A stretch of 64,000 nt of DNA, from the NCBI GenBank assembly GCA_008632985.1, contig QPGO01000039.1, positions 434,001 through 498,000 on the forward strand, written 5' to 3'. The notes beneath the pieces were generated by a model. That model saw only the letters and a list, made by a program, of their open reading frames with translations. It was not told where the DNA came from and did no database searches. This DNA is from Psammoneis japonica. Taxonomy: Eukaryota. Shown piece after piece: positions 13,990 through 25,968 of the stretch; positions within the stretch are counted from its first letter, which is position 1; each line of letters begins with the position of its first letter. A program made the position numbers and the translations under genes.

Positions 13990-15330
13990 AGCACCCCATG
14001 ATGGGTGCAAAAAAGTCCATGCTGTGTGTTGGTGGCAAGGGCCTGAGGCACAAACTTGTCTGTGCCCCCCTCCCCCAGCATGGGTGCATTGGAGCCAAAA
14101 AACAAAGGCAATGAGTGTCCAGCAGAAGATCAAGGGAACACCTGCATCATGTTGGGCATGTCTTGGGACATGGGTCTGTGCTCCATTTTGGCATCTCAGC
14201 AACTGGCGGCATGCCCAGCAGTGGCAAAAGGATCACAGTGCATTGTGCTGACAAGAGGTCCCAAAGTCAGCAACAGCCTCAAAAACCAATGACAAACAAT
14301 GTCCAACTCTTGCAAATGGTGACCACAAAATGCTCAAATGGGGGTGTGCAACATTTGCTCAATGTGCCGCAATTGACACAAGCCAGCAACAACAGAAGAA
14401 GGCACAAAAAATGAAAAGCAACAGAGAGACACAAACTTTTGGTGGTGACAAACTCCCAACAAGCCAGTTTGCCAATGTGTCTTGTGCATGTTAAAGTGGC
14501 TCACACTGCATGGACTGGCACAGAGAAGAGCCTGTTTGATGCACGCCGCCACACCTTTGCAAAAACATCTCCCAGCCCATCTCTTTCTGCTCTTCTCTCC
14601 ACAGCACACCTTCCCGAATTTCCAGTTTAAGAAAATCCAACAAGTTGTTTTTGTGGTGGACATTTTTGTGAGAGAGCATTTTCTGCTGCACCAAGTCAGG
14701 AGCACACATGCACAACAACAGCAACAGCATGAAAAAAGCACAGTTGACACAAGTGCCCAATGATGGAAGCCAAGGTCCACAGTGCTGTGTTGGCAAGGGC
14801 CTGAGGCACAAACTTGTGTGTCTGGCCCTGGCACAGCATGGGTGTGCTGGCACAATGACACAAAAAAAGCCAAGGATGAGTGTCCAGAAGAAGCTCAAAC
14901 AAACAAAAATGTCTGCATCATGTTGCTGGGGGTGTCTTGAGGAACAAAAATCTGCTCACTTTTGGCAGGCACAGCAATGAGCACCCCCAGCAGCAGCAAA
15001 GGTCCACAGCACACTGCGCAAGGCCCTGATGGGATGAACTTGCGCACAGAGGTTTGGCACCGTGACATCAGCTGGTCAGCAGCAACACACTTTTAAAATT
15101 CAAAATGGCAACAAATGTCCCAGCTCTTGCAAAAAACAAGGTTTGCAAATTTGCTCAATGTGCTGCGCCACATTCTTTGATGAGGAACCAGCAAAAAGGT
15201 GCGTCAAAAAGCAACAACAGGTGCAAACTTCTGGTGGCGCGGCAAAGAAGAAATTGTGCACGTGCCAAAGAGTGGCTCATGGCGAGGGGGTGACATCTCT
15301 GCTCCTCCACACACCTTCCCGAATTCCCAG
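13990..15330 (+). repeat. Two diverged copies of a decayed unit (starts ~760 bp apart)
   Basis: tggcaagggcctgaggcacaaacttgt at ~14033 and ~14791; atgagtgtccag at ~14111 and ~14876; cacaccttcccgaatt at ~14605 and ~15310. Confidence 0.7.
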
Positions 15331-15563
15331 GATGCTTGACGTTTGCTTGAGTCGTCGTGTGTGTGGCGCCTTGGAAACTCGCAGCGCGGGCAGACAGACG
15401 TAAACGCACAGCCAAACAGACACGCCAACAAAGCCGATGCACGACAGCCACCAGCCGCACGTTTCAACAATACCTCTGCAACAACAACAAACCCGTCTGT
15501 TGCTACGGTGTTGCTTGAAACAAACAGTTGAGTTTGTAACTTCACTATACTACTACAACAAAC

Positions 15564-18001
15564 ATGACGGAACAAGAAGAAGGTCTTTCCAAGAATGAGC
15601 AAAAGAAGCGTGCGAAAAAGGCAGCAAAAGCAGCCGCCAAGGCTGACAAAAAACAAGCAAATGCCGAGTCGGCTCCGGCTGCTGCTAGCAAAACCACCAC
15701 TACCCAACAAGCACCTCCTATGTGATGTACAATGTATCCAACGATTGTGACGCGTCTCTCAAAGCCGTTTGGTCTTGTCTGGTGTTTGGAGATGTTTCCA
15801 AACTCAAAACAGCCTCTTCCAAGAGTAAGGAGGAGGATGTAGTACACGGTCCACGTTTGACACTGGGCGATGCCATGGTGATGGGTGGCAATGGTATGGC
15901 CAAGGCGTTTCTTCCTCCAGAAAATTAGAAGTAGACGAATGGTGTGAATGGGAACGAACCCAATTACGAAAATCGTCTCCCCCAAAAAGGCACTTGAGCA
16001 TTTATCGCATACCTTGCAATCCAACACTACTTGGTAGGACACGCTCTGACGGTGGCGGATATTTGTGTCTTGGTAACGTTGCATTCCATGGATGATTCAG
16101 TACTACCACAAGCCGTTCAAGACTACATCAAGACGCACAGCAAGGGATATGAATTGGCAAAGGAACATGTTGAAAAACTTGTGGAGCAGCAGCAATCCAG
16201 TAGTACTATTTGATATCAACAATCCCAACGTGACCGTGGTTGTCACGCAGTCTTTCAAAATGTTTTGGAGAACTTTTGGACAAGATTTGTTGAAATGCAT
16301 TCAAAATACGAATTTTGTCGTTCGTGCCACAAGTCCCAAATTTGGTGATTTTCAATGCAGTGCCGCCATGGCACTCTTTGCTGCTCTCAAGAAGAGTGGT
16401 TCTGTGGAATACAAGTCACCCCACGATGTGGCCCATATCATTGTCACGGCCTTGTCTAGCGGCGATACTACGAGCATTCTTCAAGACTTGTCGGTACAAG
16501 GTCCCGGCTTTGTCATGTGCCGTGTTTCCTCCCAATTTCTAGAGTCTCACGTGAATACTCTCTTGAAAACGGGTACCCTCCCCAAACCCCACGTGGAATC
16601 CGAAATTTGTTTGGTGGACTTTTCCTCTCCCAACATTGCCAAGGAAATGCATGTGGGTCATTTACGTTCGACCATTATCGGTGAAGCCGTGTGTCGTATA
16701 TTGGAATTTGTCGGTCATGACGTGAAACGTGTCAATCATGTCGGTGATTGGGGTACACAATTTGGCATGTTGATTGAATTCCTCAAACAAGAATATCCGA
16801 TTTTCATACGACCCAACCAACATTACGATTTGACTCAGTTTTACAAATCGGCCAAGGAACGGTTTGATGAAAATGCGGATTTTAAAAAGGCATCCCAAAT
16901 CAATGTCGTCAAGCTCCAATCGGGCGATGCGGAATGTATGGAATTGTGGCAATTGCTTTGCAACGTATCACGACTTGAATTTGAAAAGGTATACAAACGT
17001 CTGGATATTACCGTGGAGGAATGTGGTGAATCCTTTTACAATGATTTGATCCCACCCGTGATTGAAGAGTTTGAAAAGGCTGGTTTGGTTTCCGTGGAAG
17101 AGGGTGGTGCCAAGTGTGTGTTTGTGGATGGATTCAAGATTCCACTCATGCTTCAAAAGAGTGATGGTGGATATGGATATGATTCGACCGACATGGCGGC
17201 CTTGTCACATCGATTGCGGACACTCCAAGCCAAACGCATTATTTGCATTACCGACTTTTCGCAAGGCGATCATTTCAAAATGTGTTTTGCGGCAGCCGAA
17301 CAAATTGGATGGAAAACGCCACAGCATGAATTACAGCATATTGGTTTTGGTACCGTCCAAGGACAAGATGGGAAACGTTTCAAGACACGATCGGGTGATA
17401 CCGTTCGTCTTGTTGATTTGTTGGATGAGGCGGTCGATCGGATGGAAACGAGTTTGAAGGAACGCATTGCCGAGGGACGGGCCAATATTTCCTGGACGAA
17501 GTTCATGACGTTGCCGAAGCGATTGGGTACGGTGCCGTCAAGTACTTTGATTTGCGTCGTAACCCCACCACCAATTACAAGTTTTCGTACGATCAAATGC
17601 TTGACACCAAGGGTAATACGGCTGTCTATCTCTTGTATGCTCATGCCCGATTGCAATCCATCATGGCCAAGGCAGAAACGGATTATGGAATTAAAATGGA
17701 AGAATTGTTAGCGTCGGATGATGAATCGAGGATTGTGTTGGGACACGCGTCGGAACGGAATTTAGCGTTTCATTTGCAACTCTTTGCCGACACCATGCAA
17801 ACAACCCTGGAGGACTTGTATCCCTATCATGTATGTGAGTATCTCTACAATACAGCCATTGCAGCATCGGAATTTGTGACGCAATGCAAAGTGTTGGGTA
17901 GTCCCGAAATGAAGAGTCGATTGTTGCTTTGTCATGCCACCACGTTGGCCATGCGTGAATGCTTTCAACTCTTGGGTATTCGTCCCGTCATGCGAATTTA
18001 G
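15564..18001 (+). CDS. RARS: Cytosolic arginyl-tRNA synthetase with N-terminal Lys-rich and GST-C-like extension (several apparent frameshifts)
   Basis: VDFSSPNIAKEMHVGHLRSTIIG (HIGH motif), NHVGDWGTQFGMLI, KSDGGYGYDSTD, FKTRSG, anticodon domain GNTAVYLLYAHARL, C-terminus LLGIRPVMRI. Spread over several frames. Confidence 0.95.
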
Positions 18002-18051
18002 AGGAGTAGTAGTAGGAGGAGAGTTGTGTGTGTGAGTATTATTAGTATATA

Positions 18052-18418
18052 TTTTAGATGTGAGTTTTATCAACGACCTTGTTATTGTGTACTCTAGAAT
18101 AAAGAGATGGTGCGCCTTATCAATTTTGATTGTGGTACGTGCCACTATCAATCACTCGCATCCAGTTGCTGCACTCTCGGATTGTGCCTTTCCAGACGTT
18201 CCACCAAGTACGATTTGCGATGTTGTCGACCGGTTTTAGATGTGAATTTTATCAACGACCTTGTTATTGTGTACTCTAGAAAAAAGAGACAACAAGACTT
18301 TTGAATTTTGATTGTGGTGTGTGGAATTATCAATCACTCGCCTCCAGTTGCTGCACTATCGGATTTGTGCCTTTTCTAGACGTTCCACCAAGTACGATTT
18401 GCGACATTGTCGACCAGA
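18052..18418. repeat. Tandem duplication, 2 x ~182 bp, intergenic
   Basis: ttttagatgtga.ttttatcaacgaccttgttattgtgtactctagaa starts at 18052 and 18234; agacgttccaccaagtacgatttgcga occurs in both copies. Confidence 0.9.
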
Positions 18419-18420
18419 CT

Positions 18421-20244
18421 TTAACTTGAATCTTTGGTTGATACTTTATACCAATCCCAATATGGTACCGTCAAAAGACAAAAGTCTCCTAGCCTTGTTA
18501 GCTGGCGATGCTTCAGTCTAGTTGACGGAGTCGGTGAACCATCCCTATGAAAGTGAAATATTCCATCGACCTCGATAGCTACAAGTGTCCCTTTATATGT
18601 GACAAGTGCATCGACGCAGTAGCCAAGACGGGTAATGGCATCTTCCTCTAGTTGCAGTCCCAGCTCTAGTAGTGTTTCTACCACATCCTTTTGGAGCTTC
18701 GATGGATTCCTTTTATACAAAAACGCTTGTTTGCAGCGCTGACTCAAGTTCGAATCGAAATGCACAGGAATATCGTGTTCTTGAAACCACAACTGAACTT
18801 GATGGAGCTGGATGAGGTCTTGCGAAGAAAATAAGGATGCTTTTGCATTACAGATTTCGACAAAGGAGTTGTCAAAAAGGTTGCCAGGCCAGTGGTCAAA
18901 AACGGCAAAAACACGTGCGGTATTGGCAAGGCCCTGCGGTGTAAACCTATCCATGAGCCGAATCGATGCATTGGCAATGGCATCCAAAAGCAGCGGCGAA
19001 TAGTATCCGACAGTAGAAAATGCCCATGCTAAATTGGAAACTTCTTGGGGTTTGAATCTATCCAACATCGGTATGGACGCATTCGCAATGGCCTCAAAAA
19101 GCAAAGGCGACGTGTTTCCTGCAGTAGCAAAGGCCCATGCTGTATTTGAAATTTCTTGGGGTTTGAACTTGTCTAGTTTCTGTAATGATACGCTTGCAAT
19201 GGCGTCAAAAAGTGACGGTGAAGAATGCCCGATAGCTGCAAAAGCCCAACCTGTATTGGCAAGGTCCATTGGGGCAAACTTGTTCAATTTTTTAATGGAT
19301 TCTTCAGCCATGGCGTCAAAAAGTCGATTAGATGAGTGTCCAATGGTCGCAAACGCCCAGGCTGTATTTGCAAGGGCCTGAGGTGTGAACGTATCCAACT
19401 TTTGAATTGCGGCGGCGGCAATGGCATCGAAAAGCAACGGCGACGGGTAACCGACCGTTGCATACGCCCACGCCATGTTGGCAATGTCCTGTGCATTAAA
19501 TTCACTCATCATTGGAACTGATGTTGAGGCAAGTTCAATGAAAAGCTCTTTCGGTGGGCGCCCCACCTTGGCAAAGGCCCAAACTGTCATGGAAATATCC
19601 TTTGGGGAGAGACTGGCCTTCATTCTAATCGCGCTTTGTTCCAAACCGTCCCAAATTTCGGGGCCAAAGTCTAAGTTGCTCATGCCGGAAATTTTCGCAA
19701 GGTTGTTTGAAATTGAACCAATCAAGTCCGGAGGGTACTCATGTAAAACTTGTGACAGACCTTGTCGAAGGCGTTGAATACCCTCATTGTTGTCTTTCAA
19801 GCTTATTCGCTCCGTCCTCGTTTCGGACATGATTGTAGCTATCCGATTCCAACAAAGTGAAATATCCTCTGGGCTCATCTTTTCGCCACTGTTTTCGTAT
19901 ATATCAATTACGTCCTTGATTCTGTCGACTTTTCGAAGACTAGGCAGCCTCCAACGTTGGTTCTTGTTGCCGCTTTGTTGTGCACCTCTTGGTTCAAGAA
20001 CTTGATGTTTGCGTCGCCTGCTACCATCGTTCCCCGTACCACGTGCGTTTGTACATACTCTTATAAACGCCAACTGCCCAAGATGGCTTTGATAAAGGCC
20101 ACGACGGCCCGAATAATGACGACAGCTCGGTATGAACACAAAAATAGCGATGCGTACCGACGCAAAAGGCAGCGGCACTTTCATCCACGTATCCGAACGT
20201 TGCACACGCTGCAAGTGGTTCCTCAAGCAGGGGAGTCGGAGCAT
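18421..20244 (-). CDS. RAP-domain helical-repeat (37-aa, HPR/OPR/FASTK-like) organellar RNA-binding protein, paralog 1
   Basis: 607-aa ORF; repeats FxPQxLANTAWAFATxG; C-terminal RAP motif YCVDA...IEVDGIFHF...KHRQL...VPYWDW; basic N-terminal presequence. Confidence 0.9.
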   Translation of the reverse strand: MLRLPCLRNHLQRVQRSDTWMKVPLPFASVRIAIFVFIPSCRHYSGRRGLYQSHLGQLAFIRVCTNARGTGNDGSRRRKHQVLEPRGAQQSGNKNQRWRLPSLRKVDRIKDVIDIYENSGEKMSPEDISLCWNRIATIMSETRTERISLKDNNEGIQRLRQGLSQVLHEYPPDLIGSISNNLAKISGMSNLDFGPEIWDGLEQSAIRMKASLSPKDISMTVWAFAKVGRPPKELFIELASTSVPMMSEFNAQDIANMAWAYATVGYPSPLLFDAIAAAAIQKLDTFTPQALANTAWAFATIGHSSNRLFDAMAEESIKKLNKFAPMDLANTGWAFAAIGHSSPSLFDAIASVSLQKLDKFKPQEISNTAWAFATAGNTSPLLFEAIANASIPMLDRFKPQEVSNLAWAFSTVGYYSPLLLDAIANASIRLMDRFTPQGLANTARVFAVFDHWPGNLFDNSFVEICNAKASLFSSQDLIQLHQVQLWFQEHDIPVHFDSNLSQRCKQAFLYKRNPSKLQKDVVETLLELGLQLEEDAITRLGYCVDALVTYKGTLVAIEVDGIFHFHRDGSPTPSTRLKHRQLTRLGDFCLLTVPYWDWYKVSTKDSS

Positions 20245-20430
20245 TGTAATCCAGAGTTACTGCTCTTATGAAAGAGGCTTGCATCGAGTGTCTTTGGAGT
20301 CGTTGCCTCTGGGGATCTTCATCATGGGCATGCTGTTCGGTGTGTGTTGTGTGTTGTGTGTTTGGTGATATCGGAGTCCCGCTCGTGAATGAAATGCGAG
20401 CGTTGACCGATGCCGCGTCCGTCCATCAAA

Positions 20431-22313
20431 CTACCGGCGGACTCAACCGGTCCCGCTGCCTCAACCGGTCCCGCCGGCTGACTGACGGACGCTCGCTAGA
20501 ATTAGTACGTAACGTAGCCCTACGCACAAGCCGCCGCGATGGATGAGTTTGAGAGTGCCGCCACAACGCAATGATAACGCAAAGCGACTTCTTTCCGAAG
20601 GACATGCGATACAATCCTACCCTTGAAGAAAGCTAGAATACTAGAAGCTATACAATCATATCTCTAAAGAACAACAAAATGCTATAAGTCTATAAGTCAT
20701 TTCAATGGATTGCTTATCGTCGTCAACGGACAACGCCGAAGATGCCGCGACGAGTCGAAAATCACAAAAAAATTGATCTCTTACCTTTTGCGCCAAGTTC
20801 TACTCTAGAGTGGCACTGTAGCACTCTAGAGAGTAGTAGCCCTAAATAGAGAGGCCATCCGCACGCACACCCACACTAACTAACTCTACCAGCGAGAAGA
20901 AACAGCACGTTCGCCCCAACTCCATCTGTGCCCTGGTCCAAATTTCATCCATTGCACTTGTACCTCTCTACACCCGACTAGGAACTGAGTGCTCCAGGAT
21001 CTGATTTCCCCATATGAGCAAAGAGTATCAAAAGATATCTGTCATGTAGAACATGGGCCTGGAAATGCCACTGCAAGCTTTAACGGTCAACGACAGTCAC
21101 ACTGGAAAATGACAGGCAAAATGAAAATATGAGTGGAACAACGTACACAATAATAATCCATTGGGGTTACATGTCACAGTATACTCACTAGGGCACCTTT
21201 TAAATGTAGAGCTGAGTCGCCTTACTAATTTTTATGCCCCCAAGTAACATCAGCGGTTCGTGGCATCCGCGCATTCAAGAGGAGGCGATGAACCCGCCAA
21301 CACAAGCCTCAACCTTCCCATTTTACCCATTGCAAAGCCTAGAGTCGTAGTTACACCACAAAGATCTCCCAAAATAACGTGGACAATATTGTGTCTTAGA
21401 TAATGATGATAATGCGGTTGAAGGGTAGGTGGAAAGGGTCAAAAAGGACCAGACACCTGTGCGCATGATCGAGACGCACCAAAAAAGGCTCGTGAGGTAT
21501 GCAAGTTTCGTCAAAACGAGTCCAAAACTCAATCAATCACAACATGCTCACAGGGTTACCTTCTTTGGACTATGGAAAGGCTGTCTGACAAATGCCAATG
21601 TCGTGAGTATCCCCGAGACTCCATCGCATCGTTTTGTTCCCACGGCATGCACTTTCAAGAAATTGTTATCGCCGAAAAACGACATGCTGTGATTACGAGC
21701 CGACCAAGACCTTCAAAAACATATCAAGCTTGTCACAAGTCCAAATAAATAGTAAAAATAGATGTACCAAAAGATGTGGAGTGGGATGAAGCACAAGGCT
21801 CCCAAACGGATGCGCTTTTGTGATGACGACGACGTGAAAAAGATGCCAATATTGCAGATGCAATAATCGACCGTACGAGACGATATATCCTCCTATGAAG
21901 CTGTAACAAAGCACAAACAACATCTTTAGTGAGTAGATAAACGGTATAAAATGAGAAAACACAGAAAGAACTTACCACGGCAACGTTGTCGACCATTCAG
22001 ATGTCACCCGTACCGTGCAGCAATCGAGTCACGAGTCGAGGCACGCAACCGTTTGTACCGTGTGTCGCCACCAAAGCCCCCCAGGAAACCAAACCAATGC
22101 ATCAACCTCTTTATAACAACGATAGAAAAAGATCCCACATGAAAGATACATCGACCCAACGATGTATGCCATGGCGAGATGCATCAAAGTACAACATGCC
22201 GTTTTCAATGCAAAATCGGGACCGGTTGAGTCCAATCGAATTATTCGACTCTCGTGCTTCACCGTGGTGAAATTTCAGTCACGGACGCCGGGACCGGTTG
22301 AGTCCTCCGGTAG
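20431..22313. mobile_element. Non-autonomous TIR DNA element (~1.88 kb)
   Basis: Left end ctaccggcggactcaaccggtcccg and right end cgggaccggttgagtcctccggtag form a 24/25 inverted match. Extra subterminal copies lie at ~20460 and ~22217. CAAA occurs on both flanks (a TA duplication one base inward is an alternative). No convincing ORF. Confidence 0.8.
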
Positions 22314-22736
22314 CAAACAAATGAATGGACTCCATTATTTGTCAAAACATAGATGTTACAGGTCTGGAAAGCGGTCTAAAAACGAGGATCGAGTGGCGTA
22401 TAGAAGCCTGTGTGGATGCATCCCTCCTGTTGAAACTGTATTGGGGTTCTCTAATGTACTAAACACCTTTAGCACTAAAAAGACTCTATTTCGTCTTTTG
22501 CCTTAACCTGCAAAGCTGCTTCAGGACCCACAGGTCCAATCAGCGAAAAAAGTCAAAATCGAGAACTCGCATGGAGTGGGCGCGTAAGTGGCTGATGCAT
22601 CCGTTGGTCCACAATAAACCCCACAAGCGACGTAATTTAAGATCGTCATGCCCTTCAGTCATACAGCAATGCGGCTGCACAATCACTTGGTCAAACTGAA
22701 ATTGTCGCTGTAATGAGAAAAACGTGGAACAGCCTG

Positions 22737-25396
22737 TCAATCATTTGATACACTGGACAGAGACTCCAGCAAGTACTTTTCGCGATATTTTCGACCGGCT
22801 TTCATGGACGAATCCTTTGCCGACACTTGGTCCCATTCCCAAAACGGCACTGACAAGAGGATGTAATCCCCTAGTAGCTTTGAAAGTTGGCGGCGTTTCA
22901 ATGTGGTGGACCCGGTTGGTGAACGATCGTGAAGAAAATGACTCGGTCCATCCACTTCGATGCCAACCTTCTTCCCTTTGTAAGCTACAACGGCGTCGAG
23001 GCTGTAACCAAGGCTGGTAACGACTTCTTCCTCTACTTGGAATTCCAGCTCCGACAGTGTATCTACAACATCTTTTTGCAGTTTCGAAGGTTTGCCTTGT
23101 TGAGCCTCAAAGGCTTCATGACATTTATTGCGCAAGGCCGAATGGAATTGAATGGGAATGCTGTGTTCTTGGAACCATAGCTGAACTTGATGGAGTTGGA
23201 ACAGATGCTCCGTTGAAAATAACAAAGCCTTTTCATTACAGAGTTCAATGAACTCATCGTCATGAAGCAACATCTCGCATCGATGGTCACAAACCGCAAA
23301 TGCCCACGCGGTATTGACAAGGTTCTGCATCGGGAACGTATCCAATTTGCGACTCGATACGTTGGCAATCGCATCAAAAGAAGCGGGGAGGAATATCCGG
23401 CAGTGGCGAATGCCCATGCTGCATTGGAAAGTTCTTGGGGGTTGAATCTATCCAATCTCGGTATGGATGCATTAACAATCGCTTCAAAAAGTAACGGCGA
23501 AGAATGTCCGATAGTTGCAAAAGCCCAAGCTGTATTAGAAATTTCTTGGGGTTTGAACTTGTCTAGGATCTGTATTGACGCGTCAGCAATGGCGTCAAAA
23601 AGTGACGGTGACGAGTGTCCAATCGCTGCATATGCCCAAGCTGTATTTGCAAGTGTTTGAGGGTCAAACTTAGCCAGCTTCTGAATGGATGCATCGGCAA
23701 TCGCATCAAACAGCAATGGCGATGAGTGCTTGACAGTAGCATACGCCCAAGCTGTGTTCGCAAGGGCTTGGGGGTAGAATTCGTCCAATTGCCGTCTTGC
23801 TGCGTTGGCCATGGCATCAAAAAGTAGCGGTGAAGAATGTCCGATCGTTGCAAAAGCCCAAGCTGTATTTGAAATTTCTTGGGGTTTGAACTTGTCAAGT
23901 TTCTGTATTGACGCGTCAGCAATGGCGTCAAAAAGTGACGGTGACGAGTGTCCAATCGCTGCATATGCCCAAGCTGTATTTGCAAGTGCTTGAGGGTCAA
24001 AATTAGCCATTTTCTGAATGGATGCATCGGCAATCGCATCAAAAAGCAATGGCGATGAATGCTTGACAGTAGCATACGCCCAAGCTGTATTCGCAATGGC
24101 TTGGGGATCGAATTCGTCCAATTTCCGTCTTGTTGCGTTGGCCATGGCATCAAAAAGTAGCGGTGAAGAATGTCCGATCGCTGCAAAAGCCCAAGCTGTA
24201 TTTGAAATTTCTTGGGGTTTGAACTTGTCAAGTTTCTGTATCGATGCATCCGCAATGGCATCATAAAGTGACGGTGAAGAATGCCCGATAGTTGCATATG
24301 CCCAAGCTGTATTTGCAAGGGCTTGAGGGTTAAACTTAGCCATTTTCTGAATGGATGCATCGGCAATCGCATCAAAAAGCAATGGCGATGAGTGCTTGAC
24401 AGTAGCATACGCCCAAGCTGTGTTCGCAAGGGCTTGGGGGTAGAATTCGTCCAATTTCCGTCTTGTTGCATTGGCCATGGCATCAAAAAGTAGCGGTGAA
24501 GAATGTCCGATTGCTGCAAAAGCCCAAGCTGTATTCGCCATGGCCTGAGGTGTGAACGTATCCAATTTCTGAATGGATGCGTATGCAATCGCATCAAAAA
24601 GCAACCGAGATGATTGTTTTGTGTTGGCAAAAGCCCAAGCTGTATTGGCAAGGCTTTGGGGACCAAACTCGTTTATTATTGGAATAGAAACCGAGGCCAA
24701 GTGCTTGAATAGGCCTAGGTTGTTGGAAGGACGCCCAACTTTTGCAAAAGCCCACAAAGTCCTGGATATATCTGCCGGAGCGAGATTGTGTTTTGTAGCA
24801 AGCACTCGCATCTCCAAACCGTTCCAAAGTTCCGGCCCAAAGTCATAGTTGCTAATGCTGGATATTTTTGCAAGGCTATTTGCGGTTGAGCCCAGTGATT
24901 CCGGCGGATATACATTTAAAACTTGCAACAGACCTTGGCAAAGACGTTTAATTCCCTCATTGTTGTCATGCAATTTCATTTTCTCCATCCTATTTTTTGA
25001 TGTGATTGTAGCTATCCGATTCCAACAAAGAGAAATATCTTTTGGGCTCATTCTGTTGTTGTTGTTTTTATGGATATCAAGTACGTCCTGGACTCTGTCG
25101 ATTGTTCGAAGATCAGGCAGTCTCCAGCGTTGGTAGTTGTTGTTGTTGCTTTTCTGACGTTGGTTTGATGATGGTGAGGCTGCCGTGTCTAGTAGACCTG
25201 GTCGTCTGCTTTTCACGCCTACAACATTGTCGCCCTTATTTTCACGTGTGTGCGTATTATAATAATATGCTCTTACTAAACCCGACGAGTTGGATGCAAC
25301 GGTGCACGCCGACAAAAAAGGCATCATCGTCCCTACTTTTTCCGGGCTTTGTAGCATGCGCTGCGGCACGGACTTTTTCAAGAAGAGTCGGAGCAT
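22737..25396 (-). CDS. RAP-domain 37-aa-repeat protein, paralog 2 (one frameshift near 23375)
   Basis: ORF 23063-25435 carries the repeats; ORF 22737-23417 carries the RAP motif YSLDA...IEVDGPSHF...KRRQL..VPFWEW. Start MLRL at 25396 is homologous to paralog 1. Confidence 0.9.
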
Positions 25397-25968
25397 TGTA
25401 ATCCAACTTTTTGACTGGGATTCAATTGAATGCATGTCCTACTTTGCCCGTTGCTCCCTCGGTCGCTTCACTGTGCTCGCAAAACTCGCAATCGCAAAAT
25501 TGCCCTCTCGCAAAGGTCAAAGCGCGCGGCGGCACAACGCGCGACGCTGAGGCTTTTGCACCGTTGAAGTCTGAAATTGAACCCAAGTTGCGTATGGAAG
25601 GGAGGTCTGACTCTTGGGCCTCTAGTCACCAGCAAGCTCTTTGAGTGCCTGCCTTGTCGCAGCCTTTTTATAAAGGTACCATAGCGTGAATTTGTCATTT
25701 GGTTTCGTTTGTGGGAAAGGAGAGGGACAACAACAATTGATGAGCACATACCAAGTAAGATCAGACCCAGCGCTAGCTAGAGTAGGGGCTACTTCTTTGC
25801 AAAACGTGGAGGTAGGCCTATACTCTACCGTAGTTGCTCTAGGGTTCGAAGTAATGATAAGGACAGACTAGACTACATTTACACGTCAAGCTAAACGAGA
25901 CCTTGCGCGCACCCAATTTACAGCAACCCTCTCACAAAAGAGAGAGTCACACTTCTTGACAAGGAAGC

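Larger units (their letters stand above)
1080..15400. other. Hypermutated block 1 (TpA-depleted throughout; CpG partly kept to ~7 kb, nearly absent 7.3-15 kb), nest of TE relics
   Basis: TA dinucleotides very rare and TG/CA in excess; ORFs are Cys/His-rich and almost Tyr-free. Boundaries approximate. Confidence 0.9.

Noticed and set aside
7300..15300. Dense overlapping Cys/His-rich ORFs as novel metal-binding proteins
   Set aside because: Expected artefact of TA loss: TAA/TAG stops and Tyr codons vanish in all six frames. The same applies to 42.5-59 kb.
15564..18001. Programmed frameshifting or pseudogenisation of ArgRS (also RAP2/3, hydrolase, GST, importin)
   Set aside because: Scattered small indels across unrelated, otherwise conserved genes point to consensus errors; needs reads to confirm.
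23563..24666. 367-aa alternate-frame repetitive ORF and antisense ORFs over RAP and Sin1 genes
   Set aside because: Shadows of the repetitive or biased coding strand.
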